From the NCBI GenBank assembly GCA_036630325.1, contig CP142726.1:992001-1056000 (forward strand): 64,000 nucleotides of DNA, in the 5' to 3' direction. A model generated the notes under the pieces. That model saw nothing but the letters and a program-made list of their open reading frames with translations. It did not search any database and was not told the DNA's origin. This document shows, piece after piece, positions 46,004 through 58,021 of the stretch (position 1 is its first letter; each line of letters opens with the position of its first letter). This DNA comes from Vairimorpha necatrix. Taxonomy: Eukaryota. A program made the translations under genes and the position numbers.

Positions 46004-47146
46004 ATGTTTTCACTTTTTACAGATAAACTTACACTCAAAGAAAAACATAAATTAAAAACTCATCAATACAAGTCAGTAGACAAGTCAATATTATCAGCAT
46101 GTTTTTTTAAAAGATACACCTCTACAATACTTAATTATACACCAGAATGCATTTCGCCAAACATGCTTACCCTTTTTGGTTATTCAATAATGTTAGCAAA
46201 TTTTTTATTTGTAATTTATTTCGATTTAGAATTAAAAAATAAAGAAGACTGGCTAGCTTTGTTAAGTGCCACGTCATTGATTTTTTATTTTACCATGGAT
46301 AATTTAGACGGAGCACAAGCAAGAAAACTTAAGGAAATGTCGCCAATGGGTCAATTATTTGACCATGGCGTAGATTCGTGCGCAGTATTTTTTTGTATGA
46401 TTTCCATGATTTCGTCACTTAAACTTGGTTTAACACAAACTTCTTTGATGATGATGTTGGCCGTCATGTTTGGTTTTTATTTCGCCGGGTTAGAAGAGAA
46501 ATTTGCTGGTTTTTTTGAATTTGGACAAATTAGTGGGCCAACAGAGGGAATTTTGTTCATGGTCGTATTACATTTAATGTCAGCATATTGTAATAACACT
46601 CTAAAATATACAGTAGACCGTATTACTTTCTACCCAGAATTGACTCGTTTGATAACATTTATCTCAATCTCGCCTCTATTTATTATTTCTCTTTCTGTTT
46701 TCTTGTTTAATTATATTGTGTCATTTATCAAATCATTGAAGTGCGCAAAATGGAAGAATTGGAAAGAAGTCATGCTGAGCTACTTTAGTATTGGTTTTTT
46801 AATTATTCCGCTTTACCAAATTCATTATGTCTTTCCACTTAGGCCAGATTTAAAAATTATCAATTTTATGATCTTCGCGCAAATTTTTTCTCTGAAATAT
46901 ATTGAAGAAGTCTATTTTAATATCATAGGCAGAACTCCATCCTACGTTAATATTACTTATATCTTGTACTACTTAGCTTCTATTGTTGTAACAAAGACTA
47001 AATTTGAAATAGATAATTATGTTCTTGTGTCGCTTTTGTTGTTTTCGACTATTTACTACTTAAATTCAGTATCTAATTTGATAATGGCTTGTAAAACTGC
47101 ACTACGAATTAACGTTTTTTGTCTCAACCAGAAGAAAATTAAATAA
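46004..47146 (+). CDS. Choline/ethanolamine phosphotransferase (EPT1/CPT1 family)
   Basis: CDP-alcohol motif DNLDGAQARKLKEMSPMGQLFDHGVD; ISPNMLTL; multiple TM segments. Confidence 0.93.
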   Translation: MFSLFTDKLTLKEKHKLKTHQYKSVDKSILSACFFKRYTSTILNYTPECISPNMLTLFGYSIMLANFLFVIYFDLELKNKEDWLALLSATSLIFYFTMDNLDGAQARKLKEMSPMGQLFDHGVDSCAVFFCMISMISSLKLGLTQTSLMMMLAVMFGFYFAGLEEKFAGFFEFGQISGPTEGILFMVVLHLMSAYCNNTLKYTVDRITFYPELTRLITFISISPLFIISLSVFLFNYIVSFIKSLKCAKWKNWKEVMLSYFSIGFLIIPLYQIHYVFPLRPDLKIINFMIFAQIFSLKYIEEVYFNIIGRTPSYVNITYILYYLASIVVTKTKFEIDNYVLVSLLLFSTIYYLNSVSNLIMACKTALRINVFCLNQKKIK

Positions 47147-47931
47147 AAAATTTTTATTTTAACAAAAAAAAAACTTATTTACAGATAATTTCACAATAAC
47201 TACATGTAAAAATTTATTGTAGACATTTAATACTGTTTTATGTGTTTTTACTTGACTTATAAAAAAAATTTAAATTGTAAAGTATAACTTTATACGTTCA
47301 ATACTAAAAATTATATAAATAAACAAAAAAAAATTATTGTTGTCGAGTTAGTCCCAAAACAAGAATTAGTAGGCTTTTCAGAACATAAAAATTTATTTTT
47401 AAGGTTAAATTTCTATTCTACCCTTCAGGGGGGAGGTTAGCTTTATTACTTTTTAAAACCCGCTTCCCTTTAAATGTAGCATTTTGGGCAGTAAATAAAA
47501 ATAGAACAAAAGTTGTACGAATATGTGAAGAACGCATATTTGTTTAAATTACTGAAAGTGTCAAATATCTCATCCCTCAAAAAATGCAGAATTCACTATG
47601 AGTGGTAATTCTGATGATCAGCGTAAGTTTACCGTATGACAATAATAAATTTACTTTTACTCAAAAAAAAACAAAAAGTGTACAAGTCGATTCACACATA
47701 TTTAATATTTTGTCTGTCATATTTTTGATCCTCAAATTTTCGACTGTCACAACACATGTCAAAAATCAATCTTAAGAATTACAAACAAGTATTCCGAATA
47801 TAAACTTAGAATCTAGTCTAACAAAGCTTAGACTTAAGTCTACTAAAAGTTCTTATTATACAAAGACTATTTAATGTGCCTAACTACGATAAATACTGGA
47901 GTTTAAAATTTGTAAAATTTTTTTGCCCCAA

Positions 47932-49275
47932 ATGACAAACGAAACCATCGACTTAGAAAACATGAAAATTAGTGAAAAATACGAGAAAATTGAACTTGTA
48001 AAAATTTCTAAAAATGAAATTGGAAAATCTGTGCAAACATTTGGTTGGGTTGATCACAGTAGAACTGGTAAAGCGATAACTTTTTTTGATTTAATATGTC
48101 AATTTAAGACTGTTAAATGTGTTTATGAGTCTAAGATAGATTTGACAAAATGCACTTCTTTGACAATCTTCGGAGTTGTTCAAGAAAACAAATCTAAGAA
48201 AGAAAAGGCAGAATTTGAAATTTTAGTTCACAAGATTGAAATTTATAATGACAAAATTGCTCCGTCTTTCCCACTCAATAAAGAGTCTAGTTTTGATACT
48301 ACCATTAAATATGGCCATCTTGCTTTGCGTAACAAACCCAGAGGCTTTTTCTTGAAAGCGCGTTCTGCGCTTTTGCGAATTATTCGTGACATTTATTACG
48401 AAAAAAATTATATTGAAATTACGCCGCCTACTATTGTTCAGACACAAGTAGAGGGTGGGTCGACTCTTTTTAAGTTGAAATATTACGAGAAGGATGCTTA
48501 TTTGACGCAGTCCTCTCAATTATATTTAGAGACTGTGGCTCCTGTAGCTTACAGAGCTTTTTGTATTGCGCCGTCTTATCGTGCCGAGAAAAGTAACACC
48601 ACGAGACATTTGAGTGAATACACCCACGTAGAGTCAGAAATGGCAAACATTGCACTGGCCGACTTGATGGATGACGCGGAATATTTAGTTTCCGAATCAA
48701 TTAAAAGATTTTATGATTTGCTTTCTGATGAAATAAAAGAAGTCTACCCAGACATCGAATTACAGAAAGTTCCACAGAGACCTTTTAAAAGAATTCGATA
48801 CTCTGAAGCTATCAAGTTTCTGAACGACGAAGGAGTCAAAAAGGACGACGGGACAGATTTCGTCATTGGCGATGATATTCCCGATTCAAGAGAAAAGATT
48901 ATTTGCGAAAGATTTGGAAAAGGCGAGCCCGTTTTTATGACACATTTTTTGGTCGAACACAAGCCTTTTTACATGAAATTAGACGAGTCCGATAAAAACT
49001 GCACTGAGAGTTTTGATTTGCTCTACCCCGGCATTGGTGAAATAGTAGGAGGAAGCATGAGATTGGACAAATATGACGCACTCATTGACGGCTTCAAACG
49101 CGAAGGACTTAAAACAGAAACTTATGATTGGTATCTTGACATGGCCAAATATGGGCCATGTCAACATGGAGGATACGGACTGGGATTCGAAAGACTTATG
49201 ATGGCAGTAATGAAATATACAAACATTGAATTTGCTACTCTTTACCCAAGAAATACAAGAAGATGTCATCCTTAA
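47932..49275 (+). CDS. DED81: Asparaginyl-tRNA synthetase
   Basis: TQVEGGSTLF, YLTQSSQLYLE, YRAEKSNTTRHLSEYTHVE, GEIVGGSMR, HGGYGLGFER. Confidence 0.97.
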   Translation: MTNETIDLENMKISEKYEKIELVKISKNEIGKSVQTFGWVDHSRTGKAITFFDLICQFKTVKCVYESKIDLTKCTSLTIFGVVQENKSKKEKAEFEILVHKIEIYNDKIAPSFPLNKESSFDTTIKYGHLALRNKPRGFFLKARSALLRIIRDIYYEKNYIEITPPTIVQTQVEGGSTLFKLKYYEKDAYLTQSSQLYLETVAPVAYRAFCIAPSYRAEKSNTTRHLSEYTHVESEMANIALADLMDDAEYLVSESIKRFYDLLSDEIKEVYPDIELQKVPQRPFKRIRYSEAIKFLNDEGVKKDDGTDFVIGDDIPDSREKIICERFGKGEPVFMTHFLVEHKPFYMKLDESDKNCTESFDLLYPGIGEIVGGSMRLDKYDALIDGFKREGLKTETYDWYLDMAKYGPCQHGGYGLGFERLMMAVMKYTNIEFATLYPRNTRRCHP

Positions 49276-49393
49276 TAAAAAATTTATTTTTTTAAAATTT
49301 TTATTTTTTTTTCATTTGCTCATTTTGGTTTCGTTTTTTTTTCTGAAATTTTTTTTGTTTAAAAAAGTATGAAAAATAAATCCCCAGATTTTT

Positions 49394-50224
49394 ATGAACT
49401 CAGAAAAACAATTTAACAAATTTGAAGAAAGAAAAGACATCCTAAAAACACCACTTTTAGATGGTCAAAAAAATATTGTGTATTCTATGATTGATGATAT
49501 AAATGTAGCTGAAGATGTAATAAATATTATTGAGCACACAATAAAATCATCAAATAAAGATATTAAATTTGATCTTATTGTTGATGCTTTAAGCCCTTTA
49601 ATCCAAGAAAAAGCAAGACAAATAGTCGGCAAACTTTACATTTACAAACGAAGACCGTGTAAATATAATAATAATTGTAAAGACGAAAAATGTATTTATA
49701 CCCACGACAAGGATCATTTGGAAAATAAAACAGGAAACAAAAAACGAAAAATTGACGAATTAATAAGAAAAACAAATCTGGAAAATACGAAATCTAAAGA
49801 AGTCATTTTCAATAAGGTAGACCCAAGAAAACATTCTGAAGATGATATTCGACTTTATGCTGCCGAATTTGGTACACTCGCCTCATTAAAAAAATTGAAT
49901 GAAACGAAATGGCTCTTAACTTTCGAAGACGAAGCTACTGCAAAATTGATAGTCGAGTCGAGGAATCACGTCATGGGAGACGAAAATATAAAAAAATATT
50001 TTAATTTATTGGAAAATCTTAAAAAACATGAACTACAGTCATTAATTGAAAAGACTGAATCTTTATTAAATAAATTAGATAAAAATAATATCTCTGATGA
50101 AATAAAGCGTAATTTTATTAAAATTAAACAATTAATTAAAGAAGATACTTCAGTTAATCAAATAAGTAAAGAAAATACCAAAACAAATGTCAACGTTCAA
50201 AGTTTATATTTTAACAGCTTTTAA
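49394..50224 (+). CDS. CCCH zinc-finger / RRM-like RNA-binding protein
   Basis: CKYNNNCKDEKCIYTH finger, helical (PWI-like) N-terminus and RRM-like segment. Architecture resembles RBM26/27 or Nab2. Confidence 0.7.
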   Translation: MNSEKQFNKFEERKDILKTPLLDGQKNIVYSMIDDINVAEDVINIIEHTIKSSNKDIKFDLIVDALSPLIQEKARQIVGKLYIYKRRPCKYNNNCKDEKCIYTHDKDHLENKTGNKKRKIDELIRKTNLENTKSKEVIFNKVDPRKHSEDDIRLYAAEFGTLASLKKLNETKWLLTFEDEATAKLIVESRNHVMGDENIKKYFNLLENLKKHELQSLIEKTESLLNKLDKNNISDEIKRNFIKIKQLIKEDTSVNQISKENTKTNVNVQSLYFNSF

Positions 50225-50521
50225 TAAATCTAAGTTTCTTTATTAATCCACGATTTTACACCTATCAAAATCAATATAATTTCGAAAATTTTTACATATA
50301 TAAAAACTTATTAAATATTTTTTTTAAAATTATCGTAGACATTTAATACAAAATTTGAATATATTTTGTGCGAAGATATAATTTTTATCTTTAAGATTTT
50401 GTTTACTATTCATACGAACAAAATATGATACAACTATTTGCAAATATATAGCATCTAGTTTATTACGCATTTTTAATAAAACAAGGGTATATAAAAAAAA
50501 ATTAACTAAAGATTTTTAATC

Positions 50522-51052
50522 TTAAACTGAGCACGTTCTCTTATTTCCAAATCTTTTACACAGCATTAAACAAGCTAAAATGTTCGACTTCCACCTTGCT
50601 GTTCCAATATATCCCGAATAATTTTTTAGAGTGTTGACAGTTAACCCACATTTATATGAGAAATTCTCATATCTCATATAATACCCCGGATTCGAGAAGA
50701 AATTAGTCAAGCGTGTTCTTTCTTTATTGTCCATCATAATATATTTATACGCTAGTAAAATATTTTTCGCAGATCGATACTCTGGTTCGCCTTTTAAACT
50801 TAGATATTTTCTCAATGGCCTCCAGATGCCTTGGACATTATCGACATTCAATAAAACATTGCTGTTTAAGACAGTAAAAATATCAGTCAATCTTTTTAGA
50901 TCGATAAGTTTATCGGATCCCAAAACAGGTATCTCATATTCATTCTTAATATTTTCAATACCGTCTTCGATAGATATAGAGCTTGAGCAGTCGTCTTCAT
51001 CATTTTCATTTTGAATATTAAAGTACCTTTCTTTTTTATTAACTACCTCCAT
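50522..51052 (-). CDS. Hypothetical protein
   Basis: 176-aa ORF; ATG follows TACCCAC. Confidence 0.75.
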   Translation of the reverse strand: MEVVNKKERYFNIQNENDEDDCSSSISIEDGIENIKNEYEIPVLGSDKLIDLKRLTDIFTVLNSNVLLNVDNVQGIWRPLRKYLSLKGEPEYRSAKNILLAYKYIMMDNKERTRLTNFFSNPGYYMRYENFSYKCGLTVNTLKNYSGYIGTARWKSNILACLMLCKRFGNKRTCSV

Positions 51053-51229
51053 GTGGGTAGATAAGTTTTTTTAGTATTTATACCTACTTAATTATATTAA
51101 AAAAAAATATAATGAAACAAAAAACACATAATATTAACATTTATTACAATATAATCAAATTAATTGCATGCCAGTCATTTTAATTAATTAAATAGAATAA
51201 ATTTAATTTTTATACATATAAACTGAATT

Positions 51230-52621
51230 CTACTGTCTTTTACAAATCTGATAAAGGAACACAATTAAAGTTCTAGAAAATTTCACAAAATTTTTTTCCG
51301 GATACTTGACATCATTAAGTACCTCTTTCATGTAAGCAAAATCCTTTTGATACGCTTTATTCTTGTAATTTTGTATATCAAAATCAAATTCCACTCTAAA
51401 TGCTTTCATAGGCTGTTTTTTATCAATAGTATTGGCCAAATTAAAATAAAATCTCGCTCTAGTAAATACCAAATTAAATAATGTATCCAAATACTCACTG
51501 AGTTTAAATACCAACAGTGCTTGTTCTTTTATTGTTACTCTCAATATACATTGCAACTCACGAATAAATTCGTTGTTTAATTGTTCATAATATAATTGTA
51601 GTACCGATCTAGAAAGTTTTTCAATTTTCTTATTTTTCTTACAACCATATTTTTCTGCGTTAAAATCGTGAATAGCAGTCTCCAAATAATTTTTTATATC
51701 TTCTAAATTTTTCAATTTTTTAGATCCTATAACTCCTTTTTTCTTCAATATAGAATTGAGTACTGGCAATGAATTTAAAAAATTTATAGAGCCGCAACAA
51801 TTTATCATAAAATACAACATATGTGATAAAAGTCCATTATTATATTTTTTACAAATTTCTTGGTAGAATAAAAATTTTACAAACTTGTTTGCATATCCAG
51901 AATCGACAGCTATTCTCAAAATTATATATTCCACGAATTTTCTAATGTATTTATTTATTTTTACATTTTCATTTGTTGTTTTATCATCAAACATTTCTTT
52001 AGTAATTTTTCTTATCGATTCTTCTTTATAAATTAAATTTTCAATAATATCAAATGAAGAAATTAATGGAAAGATATAAATTTTTCTCTCAATACTTTTC
52101 CAATAAAATTTTCTAGTGTTTGGTAAGATTATTGATTTCAATAAATCGTTAAATAAATGAAACGTGAAACATGAAGGATATTTTCTTAAAAATTTTACAA
52201 ATTGTTCTTCCTTTTCTTTTCTAGAATTGTTGTTTCTTTCGCCATTTTCACCTGCGAATACATTGACGTAGACATGTGTCGGTCCTTTTAAAATATCGCA
52301 ACATATTTTTATTAGGTGGTCGACCATACACGCACAAATTTCTTCAGTATAGTTTTTTACAGACCAACTAGGTTTAAAATAAGTAATTTTTGAAAACAAA
52401 TAGGTTTTTATCTCAATTAAATCAGATTTTATATTTATAAGAGCGTATTGATTATTATCTTTGGTAGCATCAATTATAATATATGGAGAATTTTCGATCG
52501 AATATTTTATTGTGTCACAAACCTCATTACGAATTTCGTTGTTAGCCAATAGATTGTAAATTGAAGTTATAGAAGATATTTCTGTCGTGTAAGATGCAGA
52601 CAAAAAATAAAAAAGATTCAT
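51230..52621 (-). CDS. Hypothetical, probably secreted protein
   Basis: 463-aa ORF; ATG follows ATCCCTCCA; short hydrophobic N-terminus MNLFYFLSASYT. Confidence 0.78.
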   Translation of the reverse strand: MNLFYFLSASYTTEISSITSIYNLLANNEIRNEVCDTIKYSIENSPYIIIDATKDNNQYALINIKSDLIEIKTYLFSKITYFKPSWSVKNYTEEICACMVDHLIKICCDILKGPTHVYVNVFAGENGERNNNSRKEKEEQFVKFLRKYPSCFTFHLFNDLLKSIILPNTRKFYWKSIERKIYIFPLISSFDIIENLIYKEESIRKITKEMFDDKTTNENVKINKYIRKFVEYIILRIAVDSGYANKFVKFLFYQEICKKYNNGLLSHMLYFMINCCGSINFLNSLPVLNSILKKKGVIGSKKLKNLEDIKNYLETAIHDFNAEKYGCKKNKKIEKLSRSVLQLYYEQLNNEFIRELQCILRVTIKEQALLVFKLSEYLDTLFNLVFTRARFYFNLANTIDKKQPMKAFRVEFDFDIQNYKNKAYQKDFAYMKEVLNDVKYPEKNFVKFSRTLIVFLYQICKRQ

Positions 52622-53214
52622 TGGAGGGATTTAAAATTATTATATTTATATTTAGTGTTTTTATATCACTATAGTCAACTGTTATATAAAACAACAAGAC
52701 AAAAATCAAAAAAATGTAAAATTTTGATAAAATTATACATACTACAGAATCCAATTCGAACCACGTATATGTATTTTGACAGTTTTAAACAATAATTTTT
52801 TTTCTTTCATTTCGAAATTTTTGATTTTTTAGAAATTTAAAATCTTTTACAATTTAGAAAAAGTTTATTCTTTTATGGTTTTAGAAAACTTGTTGATCGA
52901 AATTAATTTATTGTTCATGTTTAAAGTAACTTCACAATTTATAAAAAGTTTGAATCTTTTGTGGACTTGAAAACTTTTAATAATCAAATTTATTCATGCT
53001 TAAGAATCTTTTATAGACTTAAAAACTTTCAATAGTCAAAATTATTTATTTTTTATCTGTATAAGAAATCGTTTACAATTTTTATAATATTTTGCTCTTT
53101 TCAAATGGACTTACTCTACTTTTAATTTCCATAATATTTTTGATTCACCTAAGTTCATTAAAATAGCTTTCCAATTTTTTAAAAATATTTTTTCATAAAA
53201 TTTCTTTCCTTTAA

Positions 53215-54171
53215 ATGAAGAAGAAATGGATCTACGACTTTCATAAAATTTTGATCAATCACAAAGACATGTCAGACTATGAAAGATTTTTTATTTCATA
53301 TAAAAAATATATTAAAGAAAATAAAAATGAGCATTTCGAAATATCAAAGGTGTTAATAAGCGCATTATATAAATTTAAAAAAGTTTTTCTATTGTCTATG
53401 ACTTATAGATTAATTTTTAGCCTTGAAGTGGACATTAAAATAGACACTGAATTTTTAATTAAACATTTTAGATGTAAAAAACTTAGAAGTTGTTTATTTC
53501 CAGTTTTTAAGATGATAAATTATGAGTTACCAGAAAAAAAGATAGTAAAAATGTTATACGATGTTAAGTATGAAGATATAAATTTTTTCAAATATATTTC
53601 TAATAAGAAATCTCTTTTAGAAAACTTTTTAGTATTAGAAGATGAAAAATATATTAGAAAGCAATTATTAGTTATTTTACATACTAAATATTATTTTAAT
53701 ATGAATTATTATATAAAATTTTTAGGAGACACAAATAAGCACATGGGATTTCTTGTATATGAAATATTAACATTTATGATATTAACTAATAATGATAATA
53801 TGAATATTCTAAATGACAATATAAATATTGTAAATAAAGATCAAGTTTATATAAAATTGAATAACAAAATAGAAATAAAATCAATAGACAATTTCCTGAT
53901 TTATTTCTTGTGTTTTATGAAAAATAAACAAGAAATCTATGAAATGATAAAAAATAATAAAATCGAGAATATAGAGAAAATATTAAAAAATGAATATTTG
54001 ATTACTGACAGTAAACTTGGAAATATAAAAAATATTAAATTATATTCTACAGATATAAAAAACAATGTCAATAATTTTAAAAATTTAATTTTTGAAGAAA
54101 TTGACGAAGATTACGAGTTTTTATTTAGCGGGTCGAATTATAAAAATATTTCAGACTGTGTGGAATTTTAA
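53215..54171 (+). CDS. Hypothetical protein
   Basis: 318-aa ORF within a gene-dense block. Confidence 0.72.
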   Translation: MKKKWIYDFHKILINHKDMSDYERFFISYKKYIKENKNEHFEISKVLISALYKFKKVFLLSMTYRLIFSLEVDIKIDTEFLIKHFRCKKLRSCLFPVFKMINYELPEKKIVKMLYDVKYEDINFFKYISNKKSLLENFLVLEDEKYIRKQLLVILHTKYYFNMNYYIKFLGDTNKHMGFLVYEILTFMILTNNDNMNILNDNINIVNKDQVYIKLNNKIEIKSIDNFLIYFLCFMKNKQEIYEMIKNNKIENIEKILKNEYLITDSKLGNIKNIKLYSTDIKNNVNNFKNLIFEEIDEDYEFLFSGSNYKNISDCVEF

Positions 54172-54250
54172 ACAAAAAAAGAAAAAACATTTGTAGAATT
54201 TTTAAGAAAGATTTTTTACTTAAATAAATTAATCTTTGAGTCCCCTATAA

Positions 54251-54496
54251 ATGGTTTTAACATTGTTTAAAGAAGGAAGTAAAGTTTTAAGTGTGGCTTT
54301 ATATAAAACATTAGTTGACATATTGAGCACAAATCAAATGACAAAAGACGAAGCCTTGAAAATTTTACAAGTCAGTGATCAACAAGACAAATCAGAAATT
54401 TATAAAAAATACAAAAATTTATATGACAGAAATGAAAATAAATCCAAATATTTACAGTCTAAAATTAAAAATGCATACGAATTTTTAACCAAATAA
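54251..54496 (+). CDS. PAM16: Mitosomal import motor subunit Pam16/Tim16 (J-like domain)
   Basis: MTKDEALKILQV..YKNLYDRN..SKYLQSKIKNAYEFL; no HPD motif, as expected for Pam16. Confidence 0.82.
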   Translation: MVLTLFKEGSKVLSVALYKTLVDILSTNQMTKDEALKILQVSDQQDKSEIYKKYKNLYDRNENKSKYLQSKIKNAYEFLTK

Positions 54497-54535
54497 ACGT
54501 CTTGTTTTTATTTAAATTTTTGCACATTAAAACCC

Positions 54536-54787
54536 ATGAATCCAGAGAAAAAGGAGCTAGTCGATAAATCCAAAATTCCTTTGTTCGGAAATCTGAGCAA
54601 ATTTAGAAATAAAATTGTGACTGTTGTTTTTACAAATAATGTGAAGATTACAGGGATTTTGATCTCCTACGACTACACATCAAATTTAATATTAGAAAAA
54701 TATAATAAATGGGAATATGGGAAAAGAGTTTTATGTTTAGGAAGAAGTTTGTCATTAATATCATTAGGGAGTAGCACAATAATGTGA
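54536..54787 (+). CDS. Sm/LSm family protein (Lsm7-like)
   Basis: ITGILISYDYTSNLILE (Sm1) and VLCLGRSLSLIS (Sm2). Confidence 0.8.
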   Translation: MNPEKKELVDKSKIPLFGNLSKFRNKIVTVVFTNNVKITGILISYDYTSNLILEKYNKWEYGKRVLCLGRSLSLISLGSSTIM

Positions 54788-54896
54788 ATAAACTACATTT
54801 AAAATATTCATCACTAGAAAGTATCAAAAAATTTGCATGTAAAAATTCATCATAATTATAATATCATGATTTTATATTGCACCAAAAATATTTTTT

Positions 54897-55376
54897 TTAC
54901 ATTTCTTTATCATTATTTGTTATATTTCTATATATTATTAATAAGAATATTATAAATAAATATATAACACACAAATAAGGAATTATTTGATTTCCCCTTG
55001 TGTTTTCATGTTCTTCTATTTTATTTCCTTCATATTCTACCCCCAATCTATGGATGATCATTGGCGCGATCTGTGTAGATTTTAAATATCTTTTTAGTGT
55101 TTCATTATTTTGCCTCCAATTGACTTCGTAAATTTCGACCGCGAATTTGTGCGACTCGTCAATTTTATAATTTTCTAGAATATTTATTTCTATTACAACT
55201 TCTTCTTGTGGCTCTAAAATCCCAATACTGGGTTTTACTAAATAATCTTTAGGGCGGGTTGTCTTGATTTTAAAGGCCTTTCTTTCTTTACTGGTGTTTG
55301 ATACCTTCAAAAGGCCGAATAAAGAATTTTTATTTATTTTGATGAAGGAATTCGGAGTAATTTTTATGTCTTTCAT
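54897..55376 (-). CDS. VAP/Scs2-like MSP-domain membrane protein
   Basis: AFKIKTTRPKDYLVKPSIG; C-terminal TM. Confidence 0.88.
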   Translation of the reverse strand: MKDIKITPNSFIKINKNSLFGLLKVSNTSKERKAFKIKTTRPKDYLVKPSIGILEPQEEVVIEINILENYKIDESHKFAVEIYEVNWRQNNETLKRYLKSTQIAPMIIHRLGVEYEGNKIEEHENTRGNQIIPYLCVIYLFIIFLLIIYRNITNNDKEM

Positions 55377-55527
55377 TTTGGGGTTCAAAATGTATTGAGT
55401 TTTTTAAATGAAATTATTTATTATCCAATGTGTATATTTTCACCATATATTGTCTTTTATACTTAATAATTTGTAAATATAAAAAAATAACTCTGCATAT
55501 TTTTAACATCGATTTATATTTAAAAAC

Positions 55528-55617
55528 GATCAAATCTACCAAACACAATCTTGTCTCTGAACATGTGTTGTACTTTACATTTCAAACATATCGAGATTGT
55601 GTTTGATAGATTTGATC
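55528..55617. repeat. 26-bp inverted repeat / long hairpin
   Basis: GATCAAATCTACCAAACACAATCTTG (55528-55553) versus CGAGATTGTGTTTGATAGATTTGATC (55592-55617); 24 of 26 positions complementary. Confidence 0.85.
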
Positions 55618-57117
55618 TTTAAATATCGAATAAATAATAAAGCGCATTCATCATTTAAACAATTTGACGACGAACAAATAGACTTAAATCTTTTTATAAA
55701 CCAAGAAGAACTTCCTACGTCAGTTTTAATACATTCTAATGGCTATTGAATTAGTATAGTGAGCGAAACCTATACTCCAATAATATACTATAAAAAGAAA
55801 GATTAGACAACGCACGCACGATTGATTGATTTTGGACTTGAAAAGTGCATCAACGCTTGATAAGAAAAGTTGTTTACAGTGGGACTAGTAAACAAGTGTT
55901 CTAAACTTCCTGCCTTCAAGATATCTGATTGAATCGGGTTTTTTACAAATGGCGCGATTATAACACAGTTAAAATTTTCAAATGACATTAATTACCTTTT
56001 CAAGGATTGTCAAATAAATTAGCGAATATTTTGGTAATGAATAATTTAAACATCTTTCGTGAAAATACTTTAGAGAACTTTTTTGTTGTTTAGAACCGCA
56101 AATAAAGCAAAGTATGCAGAGGTTTGCGAAGTCAGCTTGAGTTCGATTATAGTGGTAAAAAAATTATTTGAAAAATACAGGTGTTTTTATAAAAAAGAAA
56201 AAGGTCATATAGTGGACTAAAACCACTATTGCTTTATATAAAAATGTCCGGGAAGATAAATATAAGATAAAAAACATTAATAGAAACTGAAAATTAGAGT
56301 ACTTATGCCTCTAGTTGCCAATCTATTAAACGCTATATGGGAATTAGACATAGTAAAATCTCCTGGAGATAGCAACAAAGGGGTTTAACTTTTTAGCAAT
56401 GATTGGTGCTTAGTGAAAATCGCATAGGTAGTGCCGATTCATAAATTAAATGTGAAAATGGACATTTGTTTAACACATAGACACAGTGCCCAAAAACCAT
56501 TAAATCTTTAATGGTAAAGAATTAAAAAATTTGCGAAAACTAAAAATAAATCTGAAAATATGTTTTCCTTGTAACTTACATAAGCCTGCAAAGGAATTTA
56601 TGGGACAATGAGAGTAAAGTCAAAATTTTTACTGTATTTGATTCGTAAGATTTATCAACCCGCTGTGCTATATTTTGAGCCCAAATAAAGTTTTTTTACA
56701 AGACCAATATCAAAAATCGACATACAAGAAGATAGTGTTTAAAAAAGATAAGAAAGAGTTTCAAAAACAAATTGATAAAAATTTGGAAGTTTATGATCGT
56801 AAATATAACACGAGCAAAAAGAATAATTATACCAATAATGGTACCCAAAAGATGGGAGATGGTTTCGAGCATTGTTTTTTTTCAAAAAGAGATAAAATTG
56901 TAAGCATGGAAACTGTAGAACATAAATTTCTTTCTCTAGAAATCTGATTAAACAATGCACGATGCGGATTTAAATCACGTCAAGCTTTTAAAGGTATGGT
57001 GTAGTCCAGATTTCAAGTATATTAAGACCAAAGTTTTGAGAGTAAAATCTTGTAATAATAAGAACTCACTTTAAATAACAAGATTTACTTGAGTATATGA
57101 AGCATCTCGTTTATGAA

Positions 57118-57678
57118 TTATTCCTTTTTGCGAGAATTTTTCATGTGTTGTAAATATTTCTCATCGAATATTGAAAATCTACTGCTTTCAAGCGAGGACG
57201 GGCAGTCATTCACAAAATGTTCACCCGCACAATTCCCACAAGTTTTTTTTACTTCTTCAATCTCTTTGTCAATTTTATATTCTCTATAAACAGCAGGACA
57301 GTCGAACACGGAGTGCGAAGCAAATGCGCATTTTTTACACAGGGTTGATTTACTTTCTGTTTGTTTATTATTACATTTCTTACTTAAATGTCCTCTTTCT
57401 CCACATTTCTTACAGATGACATAAGGACAATCTGAAGCTAAGTGATCTCTTGTGCAGTATAAACACGCTTCTGTACATTTTGCTACTTTATATTTTATTC
57501 CTTCAGTATTTACTCCCTCTGGTACTTTTTCAAATTTACTGTGGTATAAAGAACTAAAAATATTGTAAATATTTAAATTATCATCATTTATCAATTTTTT
57601 GACTTCTTCGTCTTCTAAATTAACAACTTCAAAGCCGTCAATATATTTGGAGAAATCCAAGATTTTCTTCGTGCCCAT
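57118..57678 (-). CDS. Air1/Air2-like zinc-knuckle protein (TRAMP complex)
   Basis: Four CCHC knuckles; CPAVYREY corresponds to the Air IWRxY motif. Confidence 0.82.
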   Translation of the reverse strand: MGTKKILDFSKYIDGFEVVNLEDEEVKKLINDDNLNIYNIFSSLYHSKFEKVPEGVNTEGIKYKVAKCTEACLYCTRDHLASDCPYVICKKCGERGHLSKKCNNKQTESKSTLCKKCAFASHSVFDCPAVYREYKIDKEIEEVKKTCGNCAGEHFVNDCPSSLESSRFSIFDEKYLQHMKNSRKKE

Positions 57679-58021
57679 AAATTGGGGCTTAAAATGCACA
57701 GACAAATATATAAATATTAATAAGAAATGCATTAATTAAGTTAAAAGTACAAATGCAAACAAAATTAACATAAAATCAAAAAAATCATATCTTGTTTTTT
57801 TAAATTAAATTTTTTATGGTTTAACGGAAAAATAAAGTTTTTAAAATTTTCATAGCCCGAGTTATATTAATATTTTTGTAGCACAATATTTGTAAGAATG
57901 AATTTTAAAAACTATTCATTGTTTGAAATTATCATAGTTTGACAAAAGGAGTAATTTGTAAAACGACGTTTTTACAATAAATTTAAAGAATATTTTAAGT
58001 TTTAAAATTTTATTTTAAATA

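Noticed and set aside
47607..47640. Hammerhead ribozyme at CTGATGA
   Set aside because: No stem II followed by GAAA.
42981..49269. Antisense ORFs inside CPSF160 and AsnRS (also within the CDK, SF3B1 and Air genes)
   Set aside because: Shadow ORFs of real genes with no motifs.
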